Below, one piece after another: positions 40,606 through 53,220 of a stretch of DNA of 64,000 bases (positions are counted from its first letter, which is position 1; each line of letters starts with the position of its first letter). Source of the DNA: an uncultured Planctomycetaceae bacterium (lineage in GTDB: Bacteria; Planctomycetota; Planctomycetia; Planctomycetales; Planctomycetaceae); assembly GCA_963815195.1 (NCBI GenBank), contig CAWFGE010000013.1, positions 384,001 through 448,000 of the forward strand, in the 5' to 3' direction. The notes below the pieces were generated by a model. That model saw nothing but the letters and a program-made list of their open reading frames with translations, was not told the origin of the DNA and ran no database searches. Made by a program: the position numbers and the translations under genes.

Positions 40606-43600
40606 TCATTTCAGCTCGTCGAGCATTTCCTGCATCTCGACCTCGAAGGTCTCGAAGCCGCGCTGGTCGATGTTGGGGCCGAGTTCGTCGACGATTTTCT
40701 TCGCTTCCGCGGCGCGGCCGGCCAGGATGAGGACGCAGGCGCGCTGCGAATCGAGGAAATGCTTGCGGTCCTCGTCCTGGGCGAGTTGGCGATAGCCGCC
40801 GATGATCTGCAGATAATCGTCCGCGACGCCGGGCTGCCGGTAGACCTTTCGCCAATTCTCGCCCATTTCCGAGACCACCTCCGCGACGGCCTGGTGGAAC
40901 TGCCAAGGCACGAGCGTGTCGAACCTTTGGGTGGCTTTGCATTCGCGTCCGAACGAGAGCATTCGCGAATGGCTGCCGCCCCAGCGCGGGCGGCTGGCCC
41001 ACAAATAGGCTTTGTAGGCGGGCTCGTAATCGAACTGGGCTTCGACGGCCCGCTCCAGCCAGAACCGCTCATCTTCGCCGGCGATGCTTTGGGTGGCCAT
41101 TCTCACCCTGAGCATCTCGGTCGCCGCTTCGGGATATTCGGGCCGCAGCCGCCAGGCCTTCAACCAGTGAGCCTGGGCCTGGGCGAGTTTCGCGTAGAAG
41201 ATTTCCCAGTCTTCCGGCGAGACCCCGTCCGCAAAGCCGCTGCCCCGCGCCCGCCAGCCCAGCGTGTGATGCGCCAGCCCCATGAGCATTTCCCGCAGCC
41301 AGGGATCGACGTTGTCCCGCGATTCGAGTTCCGATAAAAAGCCCAGTTCCTGCTCTTGAACGATCAGGCCCAGCCGGGTCTTGGCGTCGTCATAGGTCAT
41401 CCGCCGCTCAAGATCGGTGAGTTGGGAACTGCTGATCGCGTCCAGGAAGTCTTGATGGATTTCTTCGAGCGTGTCGGCGATGTCTTCGCGTTCTTCGGGA
41501 AACTGGCTTTGGATGGCGATGTAGAACATCCGCAGCTTGTAGCGGATGCCCGGCGGATATTTGGAGGAATCGAGTTCGTCAGCCGCCTTTTTGCCGAGTT
41601 CCAAAGCTTCTTCTTTCGGCAAAAACAGCAGGGCGAAGAACATCAACACGGCGGGATCGTTGCAGTTGGCGTCCACCGCGGCTTTCGCGGCGTCGCGCAG
41701 CGATTTCTCGCTTTTCTCCTCCGCTTCGAAAATGTCCCGCACGAGCTTGTCCCACCGCGGATTGCGTTTGCCGAGCTTTTGATAGGCCGTCAAGATCTGC
41801 CGCTTCCACTCCTTCTGCTGATCGCGATACAAGGGGCCGGTGGATTTCGCATAGGTTTGCAGCGGCTTGGATCCCATCAGGCGTTTGATCTCGGCGATGG
41901 TTTCGGGTTCGATGGGGATCGGCTCGGGTTTCGCACCGGCGTCTCCGCCCAGGCCGAATTCCGCGAGCGTGGTCCGCTTGGTCCGCTTGGAGAGCGGTTC
42001 GGGTTCGCTGCTCGTGCGGTCCAGGATCGCGGTCTTCACGTCCCGCGCGGAAATGGCGAAGTTCAAGTTCTGCCCGTACCGGAACGACATCGTGTTCACC
42101 GCCACCACTTCGCCCTGCCGGTTGACCAAAGGCCCGCCGCTGTTGCCGGGCGAGATGGGAGCCGTGGTTTGAATCCAGGTTCCCTGATGGCCCTCGGCTC
42201 CGACATCATCCAATTCATTGCCCGTGCGAACGCCGCTGACGATGCCTTCCGAAGGCGTGAAGCTGAGGCCCAAGGGCGCGCCGAAGGCCACAACCTCTTC
42301 CCCTTTGGGTGGGATCGCGTTTGTGAGCTTGAGCGGCTTCAGATCGAGTCCGAACGTGTTGAGCTTGAGCACGGCGATGTCCCGCGCCGGGTCCGTGTGC
42401 CAGACTCCGTCGATCGTGCCCCGCATCCCGTTCGCGAACACGACCGAAGCGGTGGCCGCGTCTTCGATGACGTGATAATTGGTGACCACCGTGCCCTCTT
42501 GATCGACGACAAACCCGCTGCCCGTGCCTTCGAGTCCGTCGGCCGTCGTGACATTGATCCGCACGACGCCGGGCTCGACCGATTGAATGAGGTCCTTTGT
42601 CTTCATCGGCTCCCGCGAAGTCCGCGGCGTCTGCCCGTTGTTCTCCCAATCGCCGATGGGATTGTTCCCGTCAAAGGCGACGTTCTTCACCTGGGATGGA
42701 TTCCGCCGGATTGGCTTTGCCATTGGCATTCGCGGTCGAGTCCTTTGTTTCTTCCTTGGAATCGCTCCCGAAGAACGCCGAAACGCCCCAGACCGCAAGC
42801 AACAACACAACCGCCCCGCCGATGCCCCCGCCGATCAAAAGCGGCTTTTGCCGGCCGGGTTTTTGCCTCGAAGCGGACTTCGGCTTGCGCGCTTCAGGCG
42901 GGCGGTGACGGACTGCTCCTCGACCGGCGGCGTCCAATCGCCAAGCCCCGCCGTTTCGTTGACGGGACGAGCGACGGGCGGAACTTTGGGAGACGCGTTC
43001 GTCTCCCCCTTCGCCGCGCGGATGGGAGCCGGGAAAGCCTCGGACGCGGGCGGGGCTTCGGCGACCGGTGCTGCGGGGGTTCGCGCGGCGGGGGTTTTGG
43101 GGGCGGCGGCCGTCAAACCGTTGATGAGGGCCAGCGCTTCCAGTTCCGCCAGCAACTCCCCGGCCGAGGAAAACCGCTCGTCGGGATTCTTCGCGAGCAT
43201 CCGCAGCACGATCGCTTCAAATTCCGCGGGGATCGCGGGGTGAAAGGACCTTGGCTTCGCGGGCTCGGCAGTTTCCAGGTTGCGGATCGTCTCCGAGAGC
43301 GAATTTCCCGTGATCGGCGGTTGCCCGGTGAGAGCCGCATAAACCGTCGCCCCCAGGCTGTAAATGTCCGCCCGCGTGTCGAGGTTTCCGCCGCCGAAGA
43401 GTTGCTCCGGCGCCAAAAACGAAAGCTCCCCGACCGTCTCGCCCGGACGGGTGATCTTTTCCGCCTTCCCGCCTTCCAAGGCCTTGGCGAGCATCAAATC
43501 GCCCAGCTTGGCCAGGCCGTCGCTCCGGCGGATGAGGATATTGTTCGGCGTGATGTTCCGGTGCACGATCTGATGCGACGCGGCCACTTCGAGGGCCCGC

Positions 43601-44421
43601 GCGATGTGCACCGCGATCATGAGCACCTGCTTCCAAGGCAGCCTTCTTTCGGCGGCCTGGTCCATCAGGCTCGCGAGATTGTCGGCGTCCAACAATTCGC
43701 AGGCCGTCCAGCAGAACGCCCCGGTCTTGCCGGCCCCGTACACGCGGACGAGGTTCTCGTGCCGAATCCCCACCATGCTCTTGATCGCCCGCAAGAACCG
43801 CTGCACGTCTTCTTCGTTCTGCGTGAACTCCGGCCACAACACCTTGACCGCGATCGCGCGCTGATGCTTGGCGTCGAGCGCCCGAAACAGAATCCCGCTT
43901 TTCGAGCGGGCCAGGATGTCCTGGATTTCATAGCGGTGCAGCGTTTTGCCCACGAGCGATTCGAGCGAGTTGGAACTCACTGCCGGCTGAGGGACTGGCG
44001 TTTTCTCGCGCGGAACATCGGCGGTCTTCGCGGCCGACTTTTCCGTCCGCGGCTTCGGCGGCTTCTTCGCAGCGGGCTTTGACGCAGGGTTTTCCGCGGA
44101 AGGAGCCCATGTCGCCGACGCCGCGTCCGGGGAAACTTCAAACCGCAACTGCGTCTCGCTCAGCGCGATCACATCGTTGGGCTGAAGCGGATGGGTTTGC
44201 ACCTTGTTCCCGTTGACCTCCGTGCCCCAGGTGCTGTTGAGGTCTTCGAGCGTCGCCCGCCCGCCTTCGATCGAGATCCGGCAATGATGGCGGGAGATCC
44301 GGGCATCGTTGAGCCTTATGTCGCAATCCTCGCCTCGCCCCAACAAGAGCGTCGTTCCCGAAGCCAAATCAAACGCCGCGCCCATGTCCGGACCGACCGT
44401 GACCAACAACCGAAGCGCCAT
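40606..44421 (-). CDS. Probable single fusion: FHA - Ser/Thr pseudokinase - TM - trypsin-like serine protease - DUF4034-like domain; apparent frameshifts near 42900 and 42694
   Basis: FHA LGR..ISRHH..DLNSTWGTEVNG; kinase IAVKVL, HRNITP, KLGDLM, APE, DIYSLG; TM LLIGGGIGGAVVLLLAVWGV in the bridging frame; TNYHV / DIAVL / GNSGGP; RARGSG and PRWGGS. Confidence 0.75.
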
Positions 44422-44628
44422 GATGGGATTCCTTGATGCGGACAATTCCCCGCAAACCTGCCGAACAAGAAGCGAACGTTCAAAGAATCCAGGGGGTTAT
44501 CGAGAGAATCGCCACGAGTTGCGTAGAAGCCAGTACACTCGATTATACGATTCCCGGCGCCGGATGCACCCATAAAGTCCGAAAAACGGTGCGGCACTCC
44601 ACGGCCGCTGTTCTTTAGAAGCCGCGAC

Positions 44629-44657
44629 AAAAAAGGCAGCACCCCGCGAGCGCTGCC
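44629..44657 (-). terminator. Intrinsic terminator at the end of the chaperone/FmdB operon
   Basis: Minus strand GGCAGC..GCTGCC stem followed by TTTTTT. Confidence 0.6.
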
Positions 44658-44716
44658 CCGATTCGTTTCCAGAGAAACATCCTTGCTTTCATTGGACCAC
44701 TCCGTGAAGCGAATTG

Positions 44717-45013
44717 TTATTCCGAAGACGGCTTTTTCGAGTCGGACTTGGTTTCCGACTTCTTTTCGCTCGAGCCGCTGCTTGAATCCTGGGCCTTTTT
44801 ATCCGCCTCGGCGGCTTTTTTGTAGGAGTCGCTGCGGTAGTCGGTTTGATAGAAGCCCGAACCTTTGAAGATGATCCCCGCGCCTGCGCCGATCACGCGC
44901 TCGGCCTTCGGCTTGCCGCAGGCGGGGCATTTTTTGACCGGGTCGGCTTTGATCGACTGGAACAATTCCCATTCGTGTTCGCAGCTTTTGCAGCGGTAGT
45001 CGTAAGTCGGCAT
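44717..45013 (-). CDS. FmdB-family zinc-ribbon protein
   Basis: MPTYDYRCKSC..CPACG..IFKGSGFYQTDY. Confidence 0.9.
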   Translation of the reverse strand: MPTYDYRCKSCEHEWELFQSIKADPVKKCPACGKPKAERVIGAGAGIIFKGSGFYQTDYRSDSYKKAAEADKKAQDSSSGSSEKKSETKSDSKKPSSE

Positions 45014-45092
45014 GAGTGGTCCTCTGACGGAATGATGAAAGTGGAAATGGCAAGGCGACCGAACGGCGGTGGGAGAAAGGAAAAGACCGTCC

Positions 45093-45656
45093 TCAATCGC
45101 TGGGAGTGCTTTCAGTTTTGCCTTGGTTGGGCGGGGGGCCGCTGGAAACGATGACTTTGCTCGGCCGGACCACGCGATCGTGGAGCGTGTAGCCTTTTTC
45201 CAATTCTTGAACGACCGTCATCGGGGGATGATCGGCCGAGGGCACTTGTTGCAAAGCTTCGTGCAGGTTGGGGTCGAAGGGCGCCCCAACGGATTCGATC
45301 GCCTCGACCGAATGCCGATCGAGGATGTCCTCGAACTGCTTCGCGACCATGCTCACGCCTTGGAGCAGGTCTTCGATGTTCTTGGAGGTCTCGGCCGCCG
45401 CGATCGCCCGCCGGAGGTTGTCCAAGCCCGGCAAGAGTTCCCGGGCCAAAGGCAGCGCCTGGTACTTGCGCAGCTCCTCGGCCTCGCGCTGGACGCGCTT
45501 GCGGTAGTTGTCCAGCTCGGCTTCGGTCCGCAGCCATTTGTTCCGCAGCTCGTCGCGCTCGGCTTCCAATTGTTCCATCAAGGAAGCGTTGGCGGGTTCC
45601 GCTTGCGGCGAACCTTCGGCTTTGGGCTTCTTGTTTTGGTTTTCCGGTTCCGGCAT
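45093..45656 (-). CDS. grpE: Nucleotide exchange factor GrpE (alternative start 45698)
   Basis: AELDNYRKR, LLPGLDNL, FDPNLHEA, GYTLHDRVVRP. Confidence 0.95.
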   Translation of the reverse strand: MPEPENQNKKPKAEGSPQAEPANASLMEQLEAERDELRNKWLRTEAELDNYRKRVQREAEELRKYQALPLARELLPGLDNLRRAIAAAETSKNIEDLLQGVSMVAKQFEDILDRHSVEAIESVGAPFDPNLHEALQQVPSADHPPMTVVQELEKGYTLHDRVVRPSKVIVSSGPPPNQGKTESTPSD

Positions 45657-45698
45657 GTCGTCAGACTTTTTGTTGGCGTTCGGTTCGGGGGGACTCAA

Positions 45699-45767
45699 CT
45701 GAGCGGAATGGCGCTAGCCACCGGTGGTGGAAGAAGAAAAACCGGCGGCTAGCGCCCTGCCGCTCAG
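45699..45767. repeat. REP-like inverted pair, family C
   Basis: CTGAGCGG..GGCGCTAGCCACCGGT and ACCGGCGGCTAGCGCC..CCGCTCAG; related half copy at 8753-8778. Confidence 0.75.
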
Positions 45768-45799
45768 AATAAAATGGACACGCATTTCTCGAACGATCG

Positions 45800-46945
45800 T
45801 TAGTTTTCCGGTTCCTCATCGCCCCTGAAATACTCTTTCAACTTCTCCAAGAAGGATTTGCGATGCGGGGTGACGTCGGCGTGTTTTAGCTCGGCGAGTT
45901 GGCGGAGGAGGTCTTCTTCTTCCTCGCTGACTTTCTTGGGGACTTCGAGTTGGACTTGCACGAACAGATCGCCCCGCGCTCCGCCGCGGACGTCGGGCAT
46001 GCCGAAGCCGCGGAGCCGGATGATCTCGCCCGGTTGCGTGCCGGCGGGGATCGTCAGTTGATGCCGGCCGGTGAGGACGGGGATTTCCAATTCCGTGCCG
46101 AGGACCGCCTGCGGATAGGTCACCGGCACCCGGCAGGTGAGGTGGCGATCTTCGCGCTGAAACAGCGAATGCTCCTTGACGCGGACATCGATCAGCAGAT
46201 CGCCCCGCCGGCCGCCCGCGACCCCGGCTTCGCCTTCGCCGCGGAGGCTGATGCGGTTGCCGGTGTCCACGCCGGCGGGAATCTTCACGTTGATTTTGAC
46301 GGCTTCCGGCACGCGGCCGGTGCCTCGGCAGTCGTCGCATTTGTCGCGGACGATGGTTCCCAGCCCATGGCAGCGCGGGCATTCGACCGCCATCGCAAAG
46401 CCGAAAAACCCGCCGCCGCGCTGCATCACCTGCCCTTGCCCGCCGCAGTAATCGCAGGACTCGGCCGACGTGCCGGGCTTTGCGCGGTTGCCGCCACAGG
46501 TCCCGCAGACTTCCTGCCGCTCGAACTCCAACTCGCGTTCGCAGCCGTTGGCGGCTTCCAACAGATCGATCTCGACGATGGCCCTCAAGTCGTTCCCCCG
46601 CTGGGCGCCGCCCTGGGACCGCCGGGTCTGCACCCCGAAGAGTTGGCTGAAGATATCCATCGCATCGTGGAAGCCCGCAAAGCCCGCCCCGGCTCCGCCC
46701 AGGTTCCCATCGACGCCCGCGTGCCCGTAGCGGTCGTACCGCGAACGCCGGTCGGGGTCCGAGAGGATTTCATAAGCCTCGGCCACTTCCTTAAACCGCA
46801 CCGCCGCGGTGTCGTCGCCGGGGTTCCGGTCGGGATGAAACTGCACGGCCAGTTTCTTGTAGGACTTCTTAATCTCGTCGTGCGATGCCTCGCGCGTGAC
46901 TTCGAGAACTTCGTAATAGCATCGCTTGGATGACATGGACACCAT
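45800..46945 (-). CDS. dnaJ: Chaperone DnaJ
   Basis: J domain HPD, G/F region, four CxxCxGxG-type repeats, C-terminal domain. Confidence 0.96.
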   Translation of the reverse strand: MVSMSSKRCYYEVLEVTREASHDEIKKSYKKLAVQFHPDRNPGDDTAAVRFKEVAEAYEILSDPDRRSRYDRYGHAGVDGNLGGAGAGFAGFHDAMDIFSQLFGVQTRRSQGGAQRGNDLRAIVEIDLLEAANGCERELEFERQEVCGTCGGNRAKPGTSAESCDYCGGQGQVMQRGGGFFGFAMAVECPRCHGLGTIVRDKCDDCRGTGRVPEAVKINVKIPAGVDTGNRISLRGEGEAGVAGGRRGDLLIDVRVKEHSLFQREDRHLTCRVPVTYPQAVLGTELEIPVLTGRHQLTIPAGTQPGEIIRLRGFGMPDVRGGARGDLFVQVQLEVPKKVSEEEEDLLRQLAELKHADVTPHRKSFLEKLKEYFRGDEEPEN

Positions 46946-47126
46946 CGTTAATTAGTCGCTCTAAAAACGTCGGCAGGACGGAAGCCTCCGCCGAAAATCA
47001 CTTTGGGAACTCTGGAGAATCCTATGCAAAACAACAGTTTGAGGAAACCACAGTTTTTTGCTTGCTGCAAATGTCCCAAGTCGACGCCTTGGCGTCGGTC
47101 CGGCGGCTTGGGTTTCTGAACTCTGA

Positions 47127-47173
47127 AGAAAAGAAACCCCGGGGCCGAAGGGGATTCGACGGTCCGGGGTTTC
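47127..47173 (-). terminator. Hairpin/terminator downstream of groEL
   Basis: GAAACCCCGG / CCGGGGTTTC stem followed on the minus strand by TTTTCTT. Confidence 0.6.
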
Positions 47174-47197
47174 CTCGTTTGAACCAAGAACCGCCTG

Positions 47198-48814
47198 TTA
47201 GCGGACGGCTCCTTCGACTTTGGCCTTTTCGCCGCCTTCCAAGTCGTCGGTGCGGGTGACGAGGACCTGGGTCGTCAGCATCAAGCCGGCAATGGAGGCC
47301 GCATTCTGCAGGGCGTTTTTCACGACTTTGGCGGGGTCGATGATCCCGGCTTCCAGCATGTCCACGTATTCGCCGGTGTTGGCGTCGAAGCCTTTGTTGC
47401 CTTTGAGTTGCTTCACTTCGTCGGCGATCACCGAACCGTCCTGGCCGCAGTTTTGGGCGATCTGGCGAATCGGGGCTTCCAGCGCCTTCACCAGAATGTG
47501 CTGGCCGATTTTCTCGTCGCCTTTGACCTTCGCGGCTTCGGCGGCTTCGATGCACCGCAAAAGCGCCACGCCCCCGCCGGGGAGAATGCCTTCTTCGACG
47601 GCCGCGCGGGTCGCGTGCAGGGCATCTTCCATGCGGGCTTTGGTTTGCTTCATCTCGGCTTCGGTGGAGGCGCCCACAGAAATAATCGCCACGCCGCCGG
47701 TCATTTTTGCGAGCCGTTCTTGGAACTTCTCGCGGTCATATTCGCTGTCGGTGGCTTTGATGTGGTTGCGGATCTGCTCGACGCGGGCTTTGATCTTGTC
47801 TTGATCGCCGGCCCCTTCGATGATCGTGCAGCTATCCTTCGTGACTTCGACCTTGCGGGCCTGGCCGAGGTGCGCGAGTTCGACGTTTTCGAGCTTGATG
47901 CCCAAGTCTTCCGAGAGCATCGTCCCGCCGGTCTGCACCGCGATGTCGCCGAGCATGGCTTTGCGGCGGTCGCCAAAGCCGGGGGCTTTGACGGCACACA
48001 CGTTGAGCACGCCGCGGAGCTTATTCACCACGAGGGCGGTGAGCGCTTCGCCTTCCACGTCCTCGGAGATGATCATGAGCGGCCGGCCCGACTGGGCGAC
48101 TTTTTCCAGGACCGGAATCAAATCCCGTAGCGAGGAGACTTTCTTTTCATAGATCAAGATGTAGCAGTCTTCGAGCACGGCCGACATGGTCTCGGCGTCG
48201 GTGACGAAGTAAGGCGACAGAAAGCCTTTGTCGAACTGCAAACCGTCGGCGAGTTCGAGCGTGGTTTCGTTGCCTTTGCCTTCTTCGACCGTGATCACGC
48301 CGTCGCGGCCGACTTTTTCCATCGCCTCGGCAATCAAGTCGCCGATCTTGCGGTCGTTGTTGGCGGAGATCGCGCCGACCTGGGCGATTTGCTCTTTGGA
48401 ATTGACGGGCTTGGCCATCTCCGCGAGGGTTTCGAGGGCCGCATCGACGGATTTTTCGATGCCCCGCCGGACGACCATCGGATTGGCTCCCAAGGTCAGG
48501 CTGCGCAGGCCTTCGTCATAGATGGCCCGGGCGAGCACGGTGGCGGTGGTGGTGCCGTCGCCCGCCACGTCGCTGGTTTTCTGGGCGACTTCGTTGACGA
48601 GCTTGGCCCCCATGTGCTCGTAGGGGTCTTCGAGCTCGACTTCTTTGCTGACGGTCACGCCGTCTTTGGTGACGACGGGGTTGCCGAAACTTTTATCGAT
48701 GATCACGTTGCGACCGGTGGGTCCCATCGTCACGGCGACGGCGTCGGCGAGAATATCCACGCCGCGCTTCAGCTTGAGACGGGCTCGGTCTTCAAACAAG
48801 AGTTGCTTTGCCAC
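47198..48814 (-). CDS. groL: Chaperonin GroEL (copy without GGM tail)
   Basis: [39 protein letters not shown]. Confidence 0.97.
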   Translation of the reverse strand: MAKQLLFEDRARLKLKRGVDILADAVAVTMGPTGRNVIIDKSFGNPVVTKDGVTVSKEVELEDPYEHMGAKLVNEVAQKTSDVAGDGTTTATVLARAIYDEGLRSLTLGANPMVVRRGIEKSVDAALETLAEMAKPVNSKEQIAQVGAISANNDRKIGDLIAEAMEKVGRDGVITVEEGKGNETTLELADGLQFDKGFLSPYFVTDAETMSAVLEDCYILIYEKKVSSLRDLIPVLEKVAQSGRPLMIISEDVEGEALTALVVNKLRGVLNVCAVKAPGFGDRRKAMLGDIAVQTGGTMLSEDLGIKLENVELAHLGQARKVEVTKDSCTIIEGAGDQDKIKARVEQIRNHIKATDSEYDREKFQERLAKMTGGVAIISVGASTEAEMKQTKARMEDALHATRAAVEEGILPGGGVALLRCIEAAEAAKVKGDEKIGQHILVKALEAPIRQIAQNCGQDGSVIADEVKQLKGNKGFDANTGEYVDMLEAGIIDPAKVVKNALQNAASIAGLMLTTQVLVTRTDDLEGGEKAKVEGAVR

Positions 48815-48943
48815 GCTCTATCACTCCAGAAAAACTTCAGTCAGAAGTAGGGTCCGCTGTGCGGACCACAGAATATTTCGACGGGTGAAACCAGAATGTT
48901 TCTACCGTTGGGTGAAACCAGCCAGCTTACGCTGGCCGCTCGC

Positions 48944-49234
48944 CTAGCTGACGATTTTTGCCAGGATGTCGCTTTCGCGGAGGATTTTGACTTCCACGCC
49001 TTCGACTTCGATGTCGTTGCCGCCGTATTTGCCGAACAGGACTTCATCGCCGACCGTAACCGAGACCGGGCAGCGTTCGCCGGAATCCAAGAGCCGGCCG
49101 GGGCCGACGGCTTTGACGATGCCGCGCTGGGGCTTTTCCTTCGCGGCATCGGGGAGGACGATTCCGCCGGCCGTGGTTTCTTCGGCCGAGAGTGGTTCAA
49201 CAACAACGCGATCATCGAGAGGGTTCAACGCCAT
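48944..49234 (-). CDS. groS: Co-chaperonin GroES
   Basis: [36 protein letters not shown]. Confidence 0.97.
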   Translation of the reverse strand: MALNPLDDRVVVEPLSAEETTAGGIVLPDAAKEKPQRGIVKAVGPGRLLDSGERCPVSVTVGDEVLFGKYGGNDIEVEGVEVKILRESDILAKIVS

Positions 49235-49251
49235 GTGTGAGACTCCATTGT

Positions 49252-49312
49252 GTAGGGTGGGCACCGCCCACCGTGAGATATGATTGGATTTGGTGGGCAG
49301 TGCCCACCCTAC
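49252..49312. repeat. GTAG-type REP doublet
   Basis: GTAGGGTGGGCACCGCCCACC and GGTGGGCAGTGCCCACCCTAC in inverted orientation, each with an internal palindrome. Confidence 0.85.
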
Positions 49313-49327
49313 TAAGTACGCTCAAAA

Positions 49328-49355
49328 ATCATGGGGTTGACACCCCACGCTCGCC
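49328..49355 (+). repeat. REP family A variant with a compensatory stem change
   Basis: ATCATGGGGTTGACACCCCACGCTCGCC. Confidence 0.8.
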
Positions 49356-49367
49356 CGGGGAAACGGA

Positions 49368-51059
<1,692 letters not shown>

Positions 51060-51179
51060 TCAACCAAAATTGATTGGGCAATTAAGTTTGAGCCAGGAAT
51101 GGGGCGGTGCCGGCTTGTGAAAGGCGAACCCTCTCCCTGACCTCGGTTTGACAATACAACGCGATCCGCCGCATGTGTT

Positions 51180-51196
51180 AGCAAGGTTCGTGCCAA
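51180..51196 (-). promoter_or_regulatory. Sigma54 (-24/-12) promoter upstream of the groEL-groES-groEL operon
   Basis: Minus strand TTGGCACGAACCTTGCT matches TGGCACG-N4-TTGCW exactly, about 130 nt before the start codon. Confidence 0.75.
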
Positions 51197-51492
51197 CCGC
51201 GGGTTTTTCAACATAAATCATGTGCCTGAAGTGGTTTATGTCAATAGGCCCCAAGCGGCGCGCAAAAGGCGACTGCCAAGTTGACAGTCTGAGGGTGCAA
51301 TCCGCGAGTTTCCAGCCGCTCGTTCGCAGATTTGGCAGCCGGCGTTTCTGGGGCGGGAATCCGGCCGAGTGACGAAAAACCACCAGAATTGGGGAATTTT
51401 TGAACCCGAAATCGCGTCTCCCTTGTAGAGCATCTCAGCACGTCACGGGGCGGATCGGATCATTTCTTGGGTTCTCACCGGAAGGAAACATC

Positions 51493-53172
51493 ATGCGCTC
51501 TTGGCTCTTCTACGGCAGTCTGGCTGCATTGGCTTTGATCCTCAGCGGTTGCGGCGGATCCCAATCCAAAGTCGAAACGGCCACGGAAGCGACGGCTCCT
51601 CCCCGTTCGTCAGATATGCCTGCATCGCAAACAGCCGCGGCCCCCGCGCCGAAGGCATACCGGCACCATCGCTCAACTTCGGAGGCAGACTTTGCCGGCG
51701 GAGAGGAAAGTGCCGAGCCGCCCCGAAGCCTGCCCCCCGCGGAAGTAGCCTCGGCTCCGAGTTTGGACTTTGCCAAATCCGAAGCCCCGAAGCCCGCCGA
51801 TGTAGATGAACTTCGGAAAGAGACCGAAAGGGCCGAGGAAATCACACGGGAGAAGAAAAAGCGGCAAATGCGCGCCGGCACGCTCACCGCGGGGAGCTTG
51901 AACGATCAAGAGAACGTCGACGACTTCCGCGATTTTCTCTCCACGGTGCAGCAATCGCCGCTCGGCCAGAAACTTCCTCCCATCAACCTCGGCCAGCGGG
52001 TGATGATCGAAGTCCAGGACGCCGACGGCCAAGGCATCAATAACGCCCAGGTGACCGTCACCTCGACCGGGCAGAATGCGAATGCGAAAAACGAAGGCGT
52101 GCTCTTGGACACTTGGACGCGGGCCGACGGCCGGACCTATTTTGCTTCCGGTTTGGATGGGGCGGGAGAAGGCCAGGCGTTTGAGCTCACCGTCCGGCCG
52201 TCCAACGGGAAGCCCATCGTCCAACAGGTTTCGCTCGCGCAAACGCCTTGGATCCTCCAGGTTCCGGATTCGAAGCGGGAACTCCCCGACCGGCTCGATT
52301 TGGCCCTGGTCGTCGATACCACTGGCAGCATGGGCGATGAACTCAATTTCCTCAAGGTGGAGATCGACCACATTGCCGCCACGATTCACCGCATGTATCC
52401 CAACGTCGATCAGCGGTATTCCCTGATCGTCTACCGCGATGAGCAGGATGATTACGTCCGCCGGGTGTTCGACTTCACCGGCTCGCTCGAGGGGTTCCAG
52501 AAAGACCTGGCGTCCCAATCCGCCCACGGCGGCGGCGATTATCCGGAAGCCATGCACGTGGCGCTCGAAGCCGCGACCAAACTCGGCTGGCGGCGGGAAA
52601 ACACGGCCCGCGTGGTGTTCCTCGTCGCAGACGCCCCGCCGCATTCTCAGCACCTGGAGCGGACGATAGGGTCCGTCCGGGAACTTCGGCAAAAAGGCGT
52701 GGCGGTGTATCCCTTAGCGGGCAGCGGCGCGGAGCAGGACTGCGAATTTGTGATGCGGACGACCGCGTTTCTCACCCGCGGGCAGTATCTGTTTTTGACG
52801 GACCACTCGGGCGTCGGCAATCCGCACGCGAAACCCACCGCTGCGAAGTACGAAGTCGAACCACTCGATCAGCTGATGATCCGCATGATCGCTTCGGAAC
52901 TCGCCGGCAAACCCGTGCTGGCCAAGGAAGTCATCGCCACCGAAGAAAGCGACGGCAGCGAACCCGAGCCGATTCCCCAAGAGCAAAACGATTCCGCCAC
53001 CGATTCCGATTCCGCCGCGGCTTATTCGGAAACGCTTCCCGTTGTTGTGACTTGTCCGGGCTCGATTCAAAGCCCGGCGGTGGCGATCTGGGACACTGCT
53101 TGGTTCCGGATTGTGGCCGCGCTTGTGTTGATCGCCGGGATTTTCCTGTTGGACAGCCGGTTGCGAACCTGA
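51493..53172 (+). CDS. vWA-domain lipoprotein with a C-terminal TM helix
   Basis: Lipobox LSG-C; MIDAS-like VVDTTGSM, GGGDYPEA, LVADAPPH; hydrophobic C-terminus. Confidence 0.85.
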   Translation: MRSWLFYGSLAALALILSGCGGSQSKVETATEATAPPRSSDMPASQTAAAPAPKAYRHHRSTSEADFAGGEESAEPPRSLPPAEVASAPSLDFAKSEAPKPADVDELRKETERAEEITREKKKRQMRAGTLTAGSLNDQENVDDFRDFLSTVQQSPLGQKLPPINLGQRVMIEVQDADGQGINNAQVTVTSTGQNANAKNEGVLLDTWTRADGRTYFASGLDGAGEGQAFELTVRPSNGKPIVQQVSLAQTPWILQVPDSKRELPDRLDLALVVDTTGSMGDELNFLKVEIDHIAATIHRMYPNVDQRYSLIVYRDEQDDYVRRVFDFTGSLEGFQKDLASQSAHGGGDYPEAMHVALEAATKLGWRRENTARVVFLVADAPPHSQHLERTIGSVRELRQKGVAVYPLAGSGAEQDCEFVMRTTAFLTRGQYLFLTDHSGVGNPHAKPTAAKYEVEPLDQLMIRMIASELAGKPVLAKEVIATEESDGSEPEPIPQEQNDSATDSDSAAAYSETLPVVVTCPGSIQSPAVAIWDTAWFRIVAALVLIAGIFLLDSRLRT

Positions 53173-53220
53173 CGAACAAGGCGATCGCTCATCGGCGTTC
53201 CCCGTCAAGATCGGCATCAG

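Noticed and set aside
41356..44082. 908-aa plus-strand ORF and other long antisense ORFs (e.g. 23522-25525, 30069-31538, 35043-36506, 61381-62673)
   Set aside because: Shadow ORFs opposite motif-bearing genes, expected in high-GC DNA; no recognisable domains.
51177..51197. GTTAGCA..TGCCAAC as a CIRCE element
   Set aside because: Spacing and inner bases do not fit TTAGCACTC-N9-GAGTGCTAA; the sequence fits a sigma54 promoter exactly.
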